A stretch of 64,000 bases of DNA from Phallusia mammillata (Eukaryota): NCBI GenBank assembly GCA_965637545.1, contig OZ281495.1:12958001-13022000 (forward strand), written 5' to 3'. Each line of letters starts with the position of its first letter. Position 1 is the first letter of the stretch. The position numbers and the translations under genes are program-made. The notes below the pieces were generated by a model. That model saw only the letters and a program-made list of their open reading frames with translations. It did no database searches and was not told where the DNA came from. Shown piece after piece: positions 11,901-24,782 of the stretch.

Positions 11901-14900
11901 CATAAAAACTATGGTTAAGTACATATAGCTGCGTATGTTTAAGTATATCGGGTACTTTTATTTCTTTAGGTCAAAGGTGGGCAACATTTTTGCATACGCG
12001 GGCCAAAAAGTAGTGATATAGTGTGGAGGCGGGCCGCAACGGTGATCATGCAATAACATAGCTGTGCTAGGCAAAGTCAAATACACAATGATTTTGTCTC
12101 TGTACGTAACAATGCCAATCTTAGTAATAAACTAACAACTATCAACGTTTAATGTAACAACTCTTTGGTACAAAAGTGGTTTAGGTCATTACAATCCAAA
12201 GATTTACACGTTTACACAAAATGCTGAATCCTCTAATCAACAAAACATAGCAACATGAACATACCTCTTTCTCTGCTTTCAAAATAAACCTTTGGTCAGC
12301 TGTGGAATCTGCAGTTTTCACCGCATTGTTATTTCCGTCATCAGCTGAAATTGCGTTTTTGACAGGAATTGCATCTTCCACGCTATTGGGGTTGACGCTT
12401 TCATTTGAAGCTCTTTCCTTCACGCTGGTGTCTTCGGCTTCGATGGCTCCTTTTCTGGCCTTAATCACTGCATTCGAAATCTCATTTTTTGGTTTGTTGT
12501 TTTCTTCCTGGATTACCTCTTGATCCGACGTAGTAATGGTGCCTGGTGACTGAACTTCGGTTTCATCGACTGGTCGCTTAATTTCTTCCAGGTTTGTGGT
12601 TTCATCCGAATTTGTGTCGAGGTCTGCACTGATTAGTGGCCGTTCTTCCCGCCCCCTGACCTCCATGGCAGGAGCAGTTACAACTGGATTTTCTTTAAGT
12701 GAGGAAACTTCGAACTGGTAAACCTTGTGTGGTGACAACTGACCAACGTACAGCTGAAAAATGCAATGTTTACTTAGTGTTAAAAATAACAAATTTGATA
12801 AGAAAAATTCGAACTAAAAACTTTTGCGGTTCTGAGAAGTCCAAACATCTGTCTGGAACCATTTGTACAACTGACGTTTTGCCGCTAGTTTTTGTCAGCA
12901 ACGGATTCCTACAAATTCAGAAATTCGAGAACAAACCGTATTGTCAAAAAATAGAAGGGTGTGAACCAAAACACAGGGCATTAGTGTAGGAGCAAACAAG
13001 TTGTTTAGTAAATCAAAATCGTTACGTCCACGGCACGAGTACCGTAAAAACCTACAAGGCCTCATCATCAATTGCCATTGTAGGCTTTGTCATTTGCAAT
13101 CAAGTCTGGTTAAACTACAGTTGGTCATTATTTACTTTGTTTCCATCAGGTGACACAGCCACATCGTGGGGCGAAGACAAGTCAATAGATTTTGACGGTT
13201 CCCAACTGTCAAGCACATCGCCCGTTTCATACCGAATGCTGAAACCAGATGTTTTTACCCCGTTGGAAGGAGGTCCGTTAACGGCAAACAATAGATCTAT
13301 AAAAAGAATAGACAAACAACATATTCATTTTATTTTCGCACTTATTTTTTAACGTTTGCAAGTTGCGTGGTAATTTACCATCAACGTCGCTATATGAGAT
13401 GGCGTAAATGCTTTGTCCAATCACTGGATGATTTTCGATGATTTTTATCAGTTGACCTTCTTTAGTAAAGCACTGGATCCGTCCATTTTCCCGGTCAGCA
13501 ACACATACATGTTGCTCGTTTTGGACGAGCGCTATACTGTGTGCGACATTAAATACTCCAGGTGGTGGGTTGACAACTGCAAAAGGGGAGTGTAATTGGT
13601 TTTGTACGTTACATGCTTCTTATGGCGTGCGTATAATCGCCTTACCTTGCCTAGACATCCTTCCCCACGATTTTAAAAATTCCCCATTTGCCGAAAATTT
13701 TACCACACGTCCGTTACAGTAACCATCCGAAACGAAAATTGTTCCTGCAAGAATTACAAAAAATGTTACAACAACAAAATGCCTACAGTAGTTGAGCTTT
13801 AGTTAGAGTTCCTTGTTGGTCATTACGGAGTCTAGCCAGTACCGATTACTATATTTGTCTTTAATTACCGTCGCGGTCCACGGCAACATCAGTTGGTTTA
13901 CAGAAATGTGAACGATCATTTCCAGGTTCCATTCTTACCCCCAGCGTCAAAAGAGGTCGGGCACCCCCGCCATACTGATATTTGAAAACCTAAACATCCA
14001 CAAAAAGTGCAGGGTTTAGTATCATTTTAAGTATTGCACCGGATTTTTAAAACACGTTTTAAATGCATGTAAACGTTTCCTGTCTTGTAGTCTTGTACTC
14101 ACAAGTCACAGATTCACATATTTTACTGACCTGGTGCATTCCAACATCAGTCAGCCAAACGTTGTTATGGTGATCTAGGCTTACACCATGAGGCATAAAA
14201 AACGTGTAATTTCCCCACTGATGAATTAATGTACCATCCAAAGGATCATATATGTACAATGTGTTTGAAGTAATTGGTTTGTTGGGCTGGGTGAAGCGAT
14301 TGTGGTAATCAAATGATGTTCCATCCCAGCTAAAATCAAACAACCATATCTGACAGTGTAATGAATAATTCAAGATTTTTTATAGCACGTCAGTCTAGGT
14401 ATCCAGTTCAGAGCATATGAGTCATATGGTCAATCAGTCCCTCGAGATCTAAAGCTTTTACTGATAGTTTTGTAATGTTGGTAAAACTTGTGTGTAACTG
14501 CCTTTTTAACAAGCCACAGCACAAAACACTTTAAATATTGTAATAATTTTACAAACATTCGCATCTTGAAATAACGACATCTATGGTGCCAGCTTATGAT
14601 ACTGTACTACAAAAAGTAACTTTGCTGTCAATATACTGTTGATTAATTATCTACATTACCTTCTGTAAGCACGATGAAAAACATGAACATATCCACTGGA
14701 ATCCACAGCTACACCACCCACTTGACCTAAAGTAGGTGTTGAAGCCTTGTCTGACCACTTTATGTTGCCAACTGTAAATTGTGTGTTTGTGGTCAATTAT
14801 ACAAGATTTATAGTTAAAGGTTACCCACAAATCCATGTATTTTAGGGTTATGATTACTGCACAGCTTTAGCAACAGATCAGACAGTTTGAAGCTGTGCAA

Positions 14901-17900
14901 AACAATGAATGTAAGAAACATACTGCCAGTATAAGGATCAAGCTTCACAAGACATTCGAAATGCAAGTTAACATGCAGAGGGTAAGCTTGTACTAAACAA
15001 AAACATGCTCAGGCAAAATAGTAACAGTGGGCAAAGAACAAGTGCAATAACCAAAGCTTGATCTTATGAAATAATATTGGATGTGCAAACAGCAACAGTT
15101 CCCACAGTACAAAAATAGTAATCTAAAAACATTGTGACATAAAAAATACTTACTGCAACTCTAAATGTTGTAAAAGTGCAAAGCCATTATCACAGAACAA
15201 AAACATGTACATGCATAACATAACAAAACACACAAGCAATATGACACAGTCATGCCCCTTGTTAGTTCATGCAAACTTTGGGTAGATGAGTTTTAAAACT
15301 GGTAAAGCACAAAAACTGCCTCAAAAAAGGTTTAAAGTCAAATTAAATATTTAACAAAAAGAAAGAAAATATGCAACTGAATCAGGACAAGATCAAAAGA
15401 CTCATTCAAAGGAAAGAATGAACAGTTAACATCTGGGCATGTGGTATATTATAAAAGGTTCATTCATAAGTTATCACAATACCCATTTTGCTGATAATTT
15501 AAAAATGTAAAAACACAACCAAATAAAGAAGTCATGAAAAAGCTTTTTGTCTAAATATTTTAGGCATACTGAACGTCATGCACCATTAATGCATTCAACA
15601 AGCCACAAAGGTCACCCAGCTAACCAAGGTGAATATCTTCGCTTGTCTTCTGTGGTGTCTCTGTTTCTTCCTCAAGTTTCTCTTGTAATTCAGCAGCAAG
15701 TGATGTTTCTGCCTGCTCCTCTTGGTGGTGGTGATGGTGTCCATGAGTGTCTGGCACCTGTGGAATGGGGACCTTGCCACTGGCTATTGCATTAATTGAA
15801 TCTGTGACAAGCAGATTAGAAAGCTTTGTTAGTCCATTTCATTCTGAAAGTTTTTAAAGGTAACATGACCTTACCCTGGCCTGCAAACCCAGGAAATGGG
15901 GCTAAATCATCTGCGCCTTCTGGAAACGCTGCTTCATGCTTATCACCCCAACAACTTAGTTCAGAGTTGGCTACCGCACTGCTTGTTGTATAGTACATCA
16001 TGTAGAAATTGCACATTTCATCATTACCACCCATTCTGTAACCAACAAAGACACTTGGCCACCAGGGTTTACTAAAAAACCAGGTGTTCACAAACTACAA
16101 CGTACTGTAACAATTTTAACAAGCTGACTTTAGAAAACCACCACACCGATTTCTGTGTATTATTAATTGTAAAATCCTTACCCAGCTGAAGTTACAGTTT
16201 CTTTGTTGCTGGAATAATCACATCGGGCCAACAGTATATCATCAATATCCAAATCAATGGTCCCACCAACTCTAGTGTAAAATGCATGGGGCCACTGGGG
16301 ATTTCCTTTTCCAATCATTTTGTATCGACCATTGCGGACCCTATACCCACTGATGACTGTGCCTGCAATTAGAACACTATGAAGAGCTACAAATGTTTCC
16401 CACAGAGCCATTTGGTAACCACATTGCAATCTAAAATCAGCAGCAAAACGACAACAGCCATTATACCCTTGGAAACCATAATGTAAATTCACAAAGAAAA
16501 CAAAATATAATACATATGTTTACAAATGGACTCACCAAGACCATGGGCATGTGTACGAAAAGCAAAAACATGCAAAGGTGTATTAACGAAGTTCACACAG
16601 CTGACATCAACTGAGGTGTTTGAGTGGGGAGGTATCTTGATGTAAGGTGCGCCAAGCAGAAAGATACCAGCAAAATATTTTTGTCTGTAAAAAGTTGCAC
16701 TCATTCTGACATCAGGTTATACTTCACAAAAAAACGGTTTGACATGCAACACCACAAAAGATTTGATACAATCTTTAAAAAAAGCTTTTTTGTTGATTTT
16801 TTATTCCCTGTTAAAGAAAACATAACTCACGCTTGAAGAGTAACTGAAGCAGTAACCCCAGAACAGTCATACTGATTTGCTGGAAGTCGATGAGCATAAT
16901 GAATTTGCACAACAAGATAATTAATATTTGCAGACTTGCCGATCCTAAAAATAAAGATTTGCTTGTATATCTGTCATGAAGTGCTGGAACATAATTTCCC
17001 AACAATGCTGCAACAGTGTGCACAACAAGCAAACTATAAGAAGTTTGAAAAAAAATACTATGATATTTAACATACTTGTAACCAATGTCAGGTGGTAGCT
17101 CCAGTGGAGGAGCATTTCTTGCCCATGCGTAGAGAGTGTGCCTTCTGCCACGACACACCTGGCCCATTCCACATTGCCTGAAGAAAAAGAAAATTGCATA
17201 AATTGTATCATAACTAACAATTTCCCACTCTAGTCAATTTGATGATCAGGGTGACAAGCATGTCAACAAAAAAACGGTCTAAATATTGTTTCTCTGAGAG
17301 TAAAAATTACTTGGGATATTACCAAAGATTACCTACAATATTATTTTTTTCTTTTTTTTAAAGATATTTGTCATTATCAATGTTGTACATTTGTCAAACT
17401 ACTAACAACAACATCCTTATTGCTTACAAATACCTTTTCAAAATTTCCCAAACACACAAATTTAGACGCCGAGACGTTTTACAAAGGTGATGTCACACAA
17501 AACCATGAATAAAAAATGCAAACGACCAACTTTTGTTTAATACTTAATAGTTTGAAAAAATAGTGTTAGTTATTAATTTCCTAAGTAACTGAACAAACCA
17601 GAAACATATTACAGGCATTGATTTCATACCAGTAGGGTTTGTCGTTAGGAAGTGATTCACATCCAAACACAAGCATATGATGAGATGAATCCATTGTAGC
17701 TTGTGGTGTAAATCCAACTGTAAGGTTAGGATAAAATATTTGTTTAATACATCGTCTCCCTAATTGACTATCAAAGTGATCATCAAGATTTTACTTACCT
17801 ACATAACTAGTTTCACCTTTGTAGGGCACAGGGAATGATGTGCACAAATAAGCATCATCCTAAAAACATAAGAAATGGAAATTTTATTTTTGAAATGATC

Positions 17901-18485
17901 CGCCTATGTGCTCTTGAACTGTTACAATAAGCTTTATGTTTCGATCTGAGTACAGGGTGAAAAGAGCTTCCTAGTGTCAGCAAATAAAAATCACACAAGT
18001 AACAAAGTTTAAACACATGTGCAGTAAAATGTTTTAAACTAGAAAAAAAGTAACTTCTTTGGATGGAATTTTAAGCATAAGGGGGTAGGTTCATCATAAG
18101 GTTTATCATGTCAGTTGTTATTACACTTTGGAGCACTGTTGGTACTTGTATATGTATGTGAGTTGTTTATGCCAAATAATAATAATAAATTATGTGCACA
18201 ATGCCCCATCCAATGTGTACTTACACTTTTAATTGATGCCTTTGGAAATCGAACATCTACAGATGCTGTGTCTGTGCCAGTGTATGTAGTTTTGCTTGCT
18301 GGACAATTCTTATCCTCCTTTTCCTGTTTGAAATTGGCTTGGCTTGCACTTCTATGAGCTCTTCGGCTCTGTTCATATTCATACAATTCCAGTTCCCTTT
18401 CTGCTGCAAGGTTAAGGTAGTCCAGTAAGGACTGACATTGTGTGGACACCAGCAATGAAATGAACACAAACACAAAAAAATGCAT
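8912..18485 (-). CDS. PAM: Peptidylglycine alpha-amidating monooxygenase, bifunctional integral-membrane form (PHM + PAL + TM + cytosolic tail), about 19 exons
   Basis: Signal peptide [17 protein letters not shown] copper ligands SSHHML, VQIHY, RTHAH, DEMCNFY. PAL motifs [36 protein letters not shown] exon 10126-10006 ([20 protein letters not shown]). Tail exon 9722-9614 (GKLNLGKFF...GFKR). Last exon 9029-8912. Exon phases are compatible where I checked them. Confidence 0.95.
10845..11280 (+). repeat. Tandem array, unit about 128 bp, about 3.3 copies
   Basis: TTTTAGGGGGCTAG recurs at 10864, 10993, 11121 and 11249 (periods 129, 128, 128). Confidence 0.95.
11314..11533 (+). repeat. Tandem repeat, 110-bp unit, 2 copies
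   Basis: ATGACCCAAACAACAATCCTGTAAAATTTTGTCCAAA at 11314 and 11424; each unit contains GACCACTAGGGGGCG and TGACGTCA. Confidence 0.95.
11972..12050. mobile_element. Truncated hAT-type MITE end
   Basis: CAAAGGTGGGCAAC...GCGGGCC...GCGGGCCGCA terminus preceded by ctttaggt; partner TIR not found. Confidence 0.4.
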
Positions 18486-18667
18486 GATGTTGCTCTCCTC
18501 ACTTTTTAGGCAACATTAACTATTTTTGCTTAAAATCTACACAAAACAAATCCTATCACATTATGAAACAAAGTCATAGTCAGAGAAATTGTGTTTACTT
18601 AATTTGACAACACACAATAATGGAGGCTCAATTTAAGATAGAATCCAAGACATAAGTAAGGCAATAT

Positions 18668-19114
18668 CTAAATATTGATTTTGTTTGCACTAAAACGTCT
18701 TTCAGGCAGTGGTTCGTGGACACCAAGAACAGTTTCAATTTCAGTTCTTTCAGCTAGTTCAACAAGCCTTTCAAATGTACGTGGCTCATACATGGACAAA
18801 ATGTTTAGCATATGTTGGTTTAAAGTGACACCAGATTTGTTGAGTCCTCGCTTGAATCTTCTATGTCCTATTTCATGTTCATCACAAGCAGCTTCCAATC
18901 TTTGGTTCCGAAGTATATTTGTTGCATACACTTTAAGTCGTCTTCCTTTCGTTTGATGGATCAATGCTCGGCGCAAATGCCTGTAAGCCACTCCACAACG
19001 ATTTCTCAGTGAGCGCTTTAGATAGTGTTGGCACTGCTCTTTCAATCGCATGACTTTCCACCATCGGTCACCATGAAATCTTCCACGTGCCATGTTAAGC
19101 ACAGTCAAAAACAT
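18668..19114 (-). CDS. MRPL20: Mitochondrial ribosomal protein bL20m, intronless
   Basis: MFLT...DRWWKV...RNRC...A...RRAL...KGRRLK...AACDEH...LNQHMLNILSMYEPRTFERLVELA fits the L20 family pattern; AG acceptor at 19121-19122. Confidence 0.85.
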   Translation of the reverse strand: MFLTVLNMARGRFHGDRWWKVMRLKEQCQHYLKRSLRNRCGVAYRHLRRALIHQTKGRRLKVYATNILRNQRLEAACDEHEIGHRRFKRGLNKSGVTLNQHMLNILSMYEPRTFERLVELAERTEIETVLGVHEPLPERRFSANKINI

Positions 19115-20573
19115 GTTGCTCTAGTAAACTCTATTTGGCCTACATATACTCACAACTACCTTCAAAAAGTATTCAGATTTGTAAATTACAATCTAATATG
19201 GCTTTTGGTGCAAAAATGGTTTGAGCTGTCAGCTGATTGTTGTGTTGGCATTTTAGTGAAATGATTTCTTGCCGTGACAGTTTAAATAAAATTCATGTCA
19301 CTCAATATCTGCAAATTTATTCTTTCTTCAGTTGCCTTTGTTAATGCTTCCTTATATACTTGTTTCCAACAAACTATTCCCTGAAAATGTATGTCCTAAT
19401 TTTGGTTGCTTTTTTAAGCAAATACGGTACATGGGATAACTGTTATCCTACTTAATTTAGTAGGTCAGATTGACAGATAATCTTTTTTTTCTTTTAATTA
19501 TTTGATAAATTTAAAAATCGCAACTTCAAACAGAACATGCATATTTGTGCTAAACTAAATCCACATGGTATCTAGAAAACAAACTAACACAGCGCCAAAC
19601 CTTTCCACTTCCTAAAGTAAAACCTAAAATGACTGTAGGGAAAACACAAGAACGTGTTTGCCGCAACGCCCGCAAGGTATATAGTACAATTTGATCGAGA
19701 TCGTGTTTCACAGTTCAGTTCAGAGTTCGGACTTCAGATCAGACCGAAACAAACCTTTTTTTCAAAACATACGTGAATGTGACGCACTCGAATACCTCAA
19801 CTGCAATAATTTGTCTTTTATATTTCATAACTTTTTTCACAACTTTCATTTCAAGCAAACTATTAGCCTATACTCACAAATAGTCTGTTTAGTTTATTAA
19901 TTGTAATCAACATTCGCCTAACACTTAGCACCGCAATGATTGGAAACATTTTTTTAAATACGGCGAACACATATTTTTGGTAATACCAGCCTAACCTATG
20001 GGCGGCTATTCGGAACCACAAGTGTGCTCATTATGACAGACCCTTAACACCGTACGAACCGTTAACGCACACTGTCATCGACCGCCTTCTATTAAAAATT
20101 CACAGCTACCCCCCACCGACGCGTGACGTCTGCCATCATCGTGTTTTTTCCCATCGACAGTCATCGATTGTAAATTATTCCCGGTGTGAATCGATCGAAA
20201 ATATGTGTTTCTCCTGTGGCTTTGGTAAAACCGCAATATTCCAAACCAGGCGACTCTATTTAACCTGCCGTGTAATATACCGTGAGCGCAATGAGTTCCG
20301 TAGCTATTAGCCGAGGCTTGTTGCAAAAAATGCGCATTGTTTTACCACGCTCCACAATGTATCCACGCTCAACAACGTAATAAAGTAAATAACAGGCGAA
20401 CTATTAGGCCATACTCAGCTCTTACAACGCTGTAAGCAAATTACGAGACATTACAGGAACAAAATGTTTAAATATTAGCAAGCAGACTTAGGCCTACTAT
20501 TACCAACAATTAGTATTCGTATTTACGATCAAAAGTTTGGCAGTCATTTGCACCACATTGTCTCGAATTAAAC

Positions 20574-21113
20574 CAGGGGTGTGCAATCTTTTTCATCGGT
20601 GGGCCATATAACCAATTTCGGACATCAAGCGAGGGCCACATTTTTTTCATGTACCGTATTTACACGTTTTTTTACCCTACTGTTAATGCGGCTTGCATTA
20701 TAATATTATGTCGATATTATTCCACACCCCTGCGTTTTGTTTTATTTTGCGTTTAAAATCAACTTTAAAATGTAAGATGCAACTAAGTTTCGTCGCAACA
20801 CTGCCTTTCACAACAAAGTAGTTGTTTACTATAGACAAAGAGGTATATTACGCCACATTCGGTATAGAAACGCGATACAGAAAAGCACCTAAGGCGAATA
20901 GAAGATCATAGGTCTGGGTGAATTAAGTAACGTGCACTGGTTTAGCTTATTCTTGTTACGTATAGCAACTTAAGAGATTTACCGAAAACTAGCGGGGATC
21001 TTTTGCTAAAATGTGCATTTTGACTTGCTCTGAATCAGAGTGTTGTTGAGGGTCACACTAAACGGCTTGGCGGGCCGGATTGTGGCCCGCGGGCCGCAGG
21101 TTGCACACCCCTG
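20574..21113. mobile_element. hAT-type MITE
   Basis: TIR CAGGGGTGTGCAA / TTGCACACCCCTG; perfect TSD aattaaac; subterminal GCGGGCC/GGCCCGC motifs. Confidence 0.9.
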
Positions 21114-21653
21114 AATTAAACCAATTGTTTTTTGAAAATGTTCAGACAAAAATTCATTATTTAAAGAATATTTTCGACATAGTTCTCCAATTACAACGTT
21201 TTTAATATTCCTTCCTCAGTCTGTTAGTAGGCCTATAGCCTACATGTTTTTTATTTATTCGTTTTCACAAAAATGAAACAACAAAATACGACATTTTCGA
21301 TCAATCACAGCATCGGTTGTAGGCTTATTTTTCGGACAGCTGGGGCTGTCAATTTTAGGCCAGCTGCACCCAAAAGCAATTAAAATTTAGTTACGCATAT
21401 TGCAGCTGTTTTTAATGGGATTTCGCCCACAACACCTATCCTTTTTAAAAATAAATTGTCTTGTTGAATCTTATGGTAAAATCGATTTCGTACCATAAAA
21501 TTGGTTAGTTGTGCAATCGAGTTGTCACAACAGGATACAGCATGGCCACATCGTGTCAAACATTGGATATAAAAAAACCTCGATGTGATCCTCTCAAGTT
21601 CATTTAATCATTTAAGTGCACATCTAAGCATTTTTAGGGAAATCAAATTTAAT

Positions 21654-22044
21654 TTAAGGAGTTGTTTTAGGTTTTGTCCGTTTTACGTCAACCGGTTCTT
21701 CTGGAGGACTGACAGGAACTTTCCTCCCAATAAAGTTTGCATACTTTTCCTTTTCCAACTTTATCTTCTTGTCCATGTTGCAGTCGCCGAGAATGCAAGG
21801 CATGACAAAATTTTCAGGCAAAATCAAACGCTGCAGATAAGCGAAACAGCTGTTCACGCACTCAATTACTTTCTCGATCGGTGTTTTTTCGCGATTTTCA
21901 AAGCGAATATCTTGCAGCAAGTCGTCATCCAAGTCGAGCTTTAAGTCAAGTTTGGGCATTTTCGTTTTTTCCGAAATTGATTTCCTATCTTTCTCTTCGC
22001 ATTGCATAACATCTTTGAACCACTTTGGTAGCACCTCAAATTTG
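21654..22044 (-). CDS. Terminal coding exon of an unidentified gene or pseudogene
   Basis: Acceptor at 22045-22046, then about 129 open codons (KFEVLPKWFKDVMQC...KPKTTP*). Upstream protein-like frames (22.1-23.5 kb) contain stops. Confidence 0.35.
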
Positions 22045-23560
22045 CTAAAAACAAACAAAGAGACTTTTGTTCAAAATTGTTTAATTATCCACGTTTAGTA
22101 GCACCTGAAACGATTAGTACCAACCAAAGTAAAACCCTATGCATCTTTACTAACAAGTGTGCTAATGATTATATGAGACCAAATTTTTTGTTTGATTTTG
22201 TGAGTGGCGACAATACTTAAGGACCTTTAATGTGATGAGTGGCATAATGACTTCGGCTGAACTTAATCTTGTCATATATATGTCACATAAGGCATTTTTC
22301 GATTTCACGATCCACCTCGTATAAAGTCGAATTTTGTTTTTTATAATATTTGAAGAGGCCTGGATAGTACGACCTCCTATATATAGTAGCCACAAACTGC
22401 TTAAAAAACATATGATACGAACTGCTTTAAAAAAATTGTCCATGTTTGCTTACCATGCATCGGACATTTTAACTTTCTTTGACATAATTCCAGCGTCAAT
22501 CATCGTGCTCTGAAGAAAGTGATTCAACTGGCCTCCGACAAGCACCAAAATCACAGCCCAAATCGAAATTTTTGCAATGACATCCATATGTCTCGATTTT
22601 GCCCCTTGTCTCTTACAGAGGTCGACTTACAGGTGCAACAAACTGTATCTAATTCGTTGTGAAAAAATAGTGGACAGGTAGCTATATATACAGATTGTGA
22701 ATATGGACACGTAACTTTGCAAATGACGAAGTACGGTGCTTCAGTGTTTTGGAGAGGCCACTTTGGTCGTCACAAGTGTACACGAATGCATGTTCAGCTG
22801 CTAAAACAAACTCTGTTGTTGGTGGATTGTTGTGATGAGAATGTTCCCGAAATCGCGCGTGATCGCATTATGCAACACTTGCGTTGTGTTCCAAATTATT
22901 GCATCACATTAATTGAGGATTCCGCCGTCGTCTGCCAGCGTATTGTTTCTGTAACTAACTGTTTTTGCAGTAAGATTCGTTGCTTTAAGTCACGAAGTTC
23001 GTTGCAAAAGTGGTTTGGTGATATTTATTGAATTTGATGCTGTATGTACAAAACTTTGAATCTACTGATCGCTTTGACTATGGTCCTATATTAGTTCGGT
23101 AAGAGTCGACTTCACTGTTAATTTCTCGTCTGTTGTCGTAACAAAAGTTTTGCATGTTTGCAGGATCAGCTTTTTCCTTTGTGCTCGTCTTGCTGCTAAA
23201 CCCTCGAGTGCCACCATCTGTCCCTATTGCCTAAATAAAGGAATTGGTAGAGCTACTAACACTGGAATTTGACTGGCGCCTGGTTAAAAATTGTTTCGAT
23301 AGGTGGCGCAGCGGAGCATAGGCGTTTATGGTGCTGACTCAGCAATCCGTTGCTCCGCCGCCACCTACCAAACCGGACGCCAGCCAAAGAAGAAATTTTT
23401 TGGCTCTTGGTGCCTTGAAGTTGTTGAACGCAAGGAAATGCGCGTCAAGAACCATTTCAGGAATTAAGCAATCGCAAATGCTGTGCTGTCTGAGCGCGCA
23501 CCCTCCATCCATTAAAAGACAGGGCAACACCAGGAGTGCACAATTTGCTACTGTTTTCCT

Positions 23561-24170
23561 CAGTGTTGCCAGGTTGCGCTTTTGTCGCCGAATTGGGCTA
23601 CTTTTGACATCAAGTTGCGGGCTTTTTTCGTGAGTTGCGGGTTGCGCCTTTTTGGGCGGGTTTGTAAATGACATTTTTTACCGTATGACGAGTAATGATT
23701 GCATTATTATTGTGACGTCAACAACGTCAATTTTGACAAAAAAACTAATGAAATCGCCCAGAGTGTCGGAGATTTAACATCCAGCTAAGCAAAAGAATGC
23801 TTTCAGTCCACGCAATGTAACGTTCATTTTTCAAACAAAGAGATTTAATAAAGGCCTTTGTTACCACGTAAGAGGAATTGTCTCTTGGCAAAAATCATTG
23901 TTTTAAAGGTCATCTTACTTTGGTATTAGTCCGAAACATTTTTGTTTTAAAGTAGAGATTAAAAAGTTTTAAAAAAACATAAAAAGTGGATAAACAGCTC
24001 AAATTTAATTTTAAAATGCACAAAAATTAAATCTAACACGGAGAAACCTGAATACTTGTCACCCCAACAGGTGAAAGTAGTAAAAATCATTTGTATTTCA
24101 GGTGTTTGTAAAATGGGCTCCTTTTGACGGGTAAAGTTGCGCTTTTCCACACTTTGACCTGGCAACACTG
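23561..24170. mobile_element. hAT-type MITE
   Basis: TIR CAGTGTTGCCAGGT / ACCTGGCAACACTG; perfect TSD gttttcct. Confidence 0.9.
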
Positions 24171-24782
24171 GTTTTCCTGAAACACTGACACTGCCTTTTA
24201 AAACGTGTTTATTTGTTCTGATAAAAAACATATTATTTGCGATTGTATGTGAGACCTTCACTAAATTGTGCTTTGTGTGGCCTTGAAGCATCCTAAAATA
24301 TGTCCCCCACTCCCAAAGGGCCGTGGCATGATTTGCTGAAAGTTTATTTTTGAAAACTAAATGCATTTGGAAGAGTTGGAAAAACATTGTTCACATTCAA
24401 AGATATAATCTATCCGTCCGACTTGTTTCCAAAGAATGCAAAATTTACAGACAAAGGACTGCATCACAATGTTAAAGCTGACGTCATAATAGATATGGAA
24501 TTACTTCTATGATACCGGATTCAGTCAAGCGAAACGCATCTAGTCTGTGTGATAGATTTCAATTTACCTACTTCACAAATTGCTATCCCTATCTTATCAA
24601 AACCTTTTTTTGGTAGATGTTTTGAAAATAATCGTGAATGAAGAATATTAAACCTTAGTGTAGACTGCAATTTTGGCAAAAAAAGTTTTGCAGTGAAGAG
24701 AGAACGAAGACTAACGATTAACGAAGTCATCGATTGTCAGCGTTTTCTGATAGGCATCCTTGGTGTTTTACGAGTTACAATC

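Larger units (their letters stand above)
10640..11905 (+). mobile_element. Non-autonomous Helentron/HINE (DINE-1-like) element in the PAM intron 10127-12264; 5' end approximate
   Basis: Two internal tandem arrays, an A/GAA-rich tract (about 11814-11859) and a terminal palindrome GTCCCCTTC-AAG-GAAGGGGAC (11879-11899) followed by an A-rich run. No TIR/TSD pair found. Class assignment is inferred from architecture. Confidence 0.5.

Noticed and set aside
19285-19383. Possible terminal exon GIVCWKQVYKEALTKATEERINLQILSDMNFI* upstream of MRPL20
   Set aside because: I could not join it in frame to any upstream exon; it may be a chance frame. Worth an RNA-seq check as a possible first operon gene.
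23339-23674. 111-aa ORF starting MSFTNPPKK
   Set aside because: Its start lies inside the MITE 23561-24170, so it is a chimeric frame.
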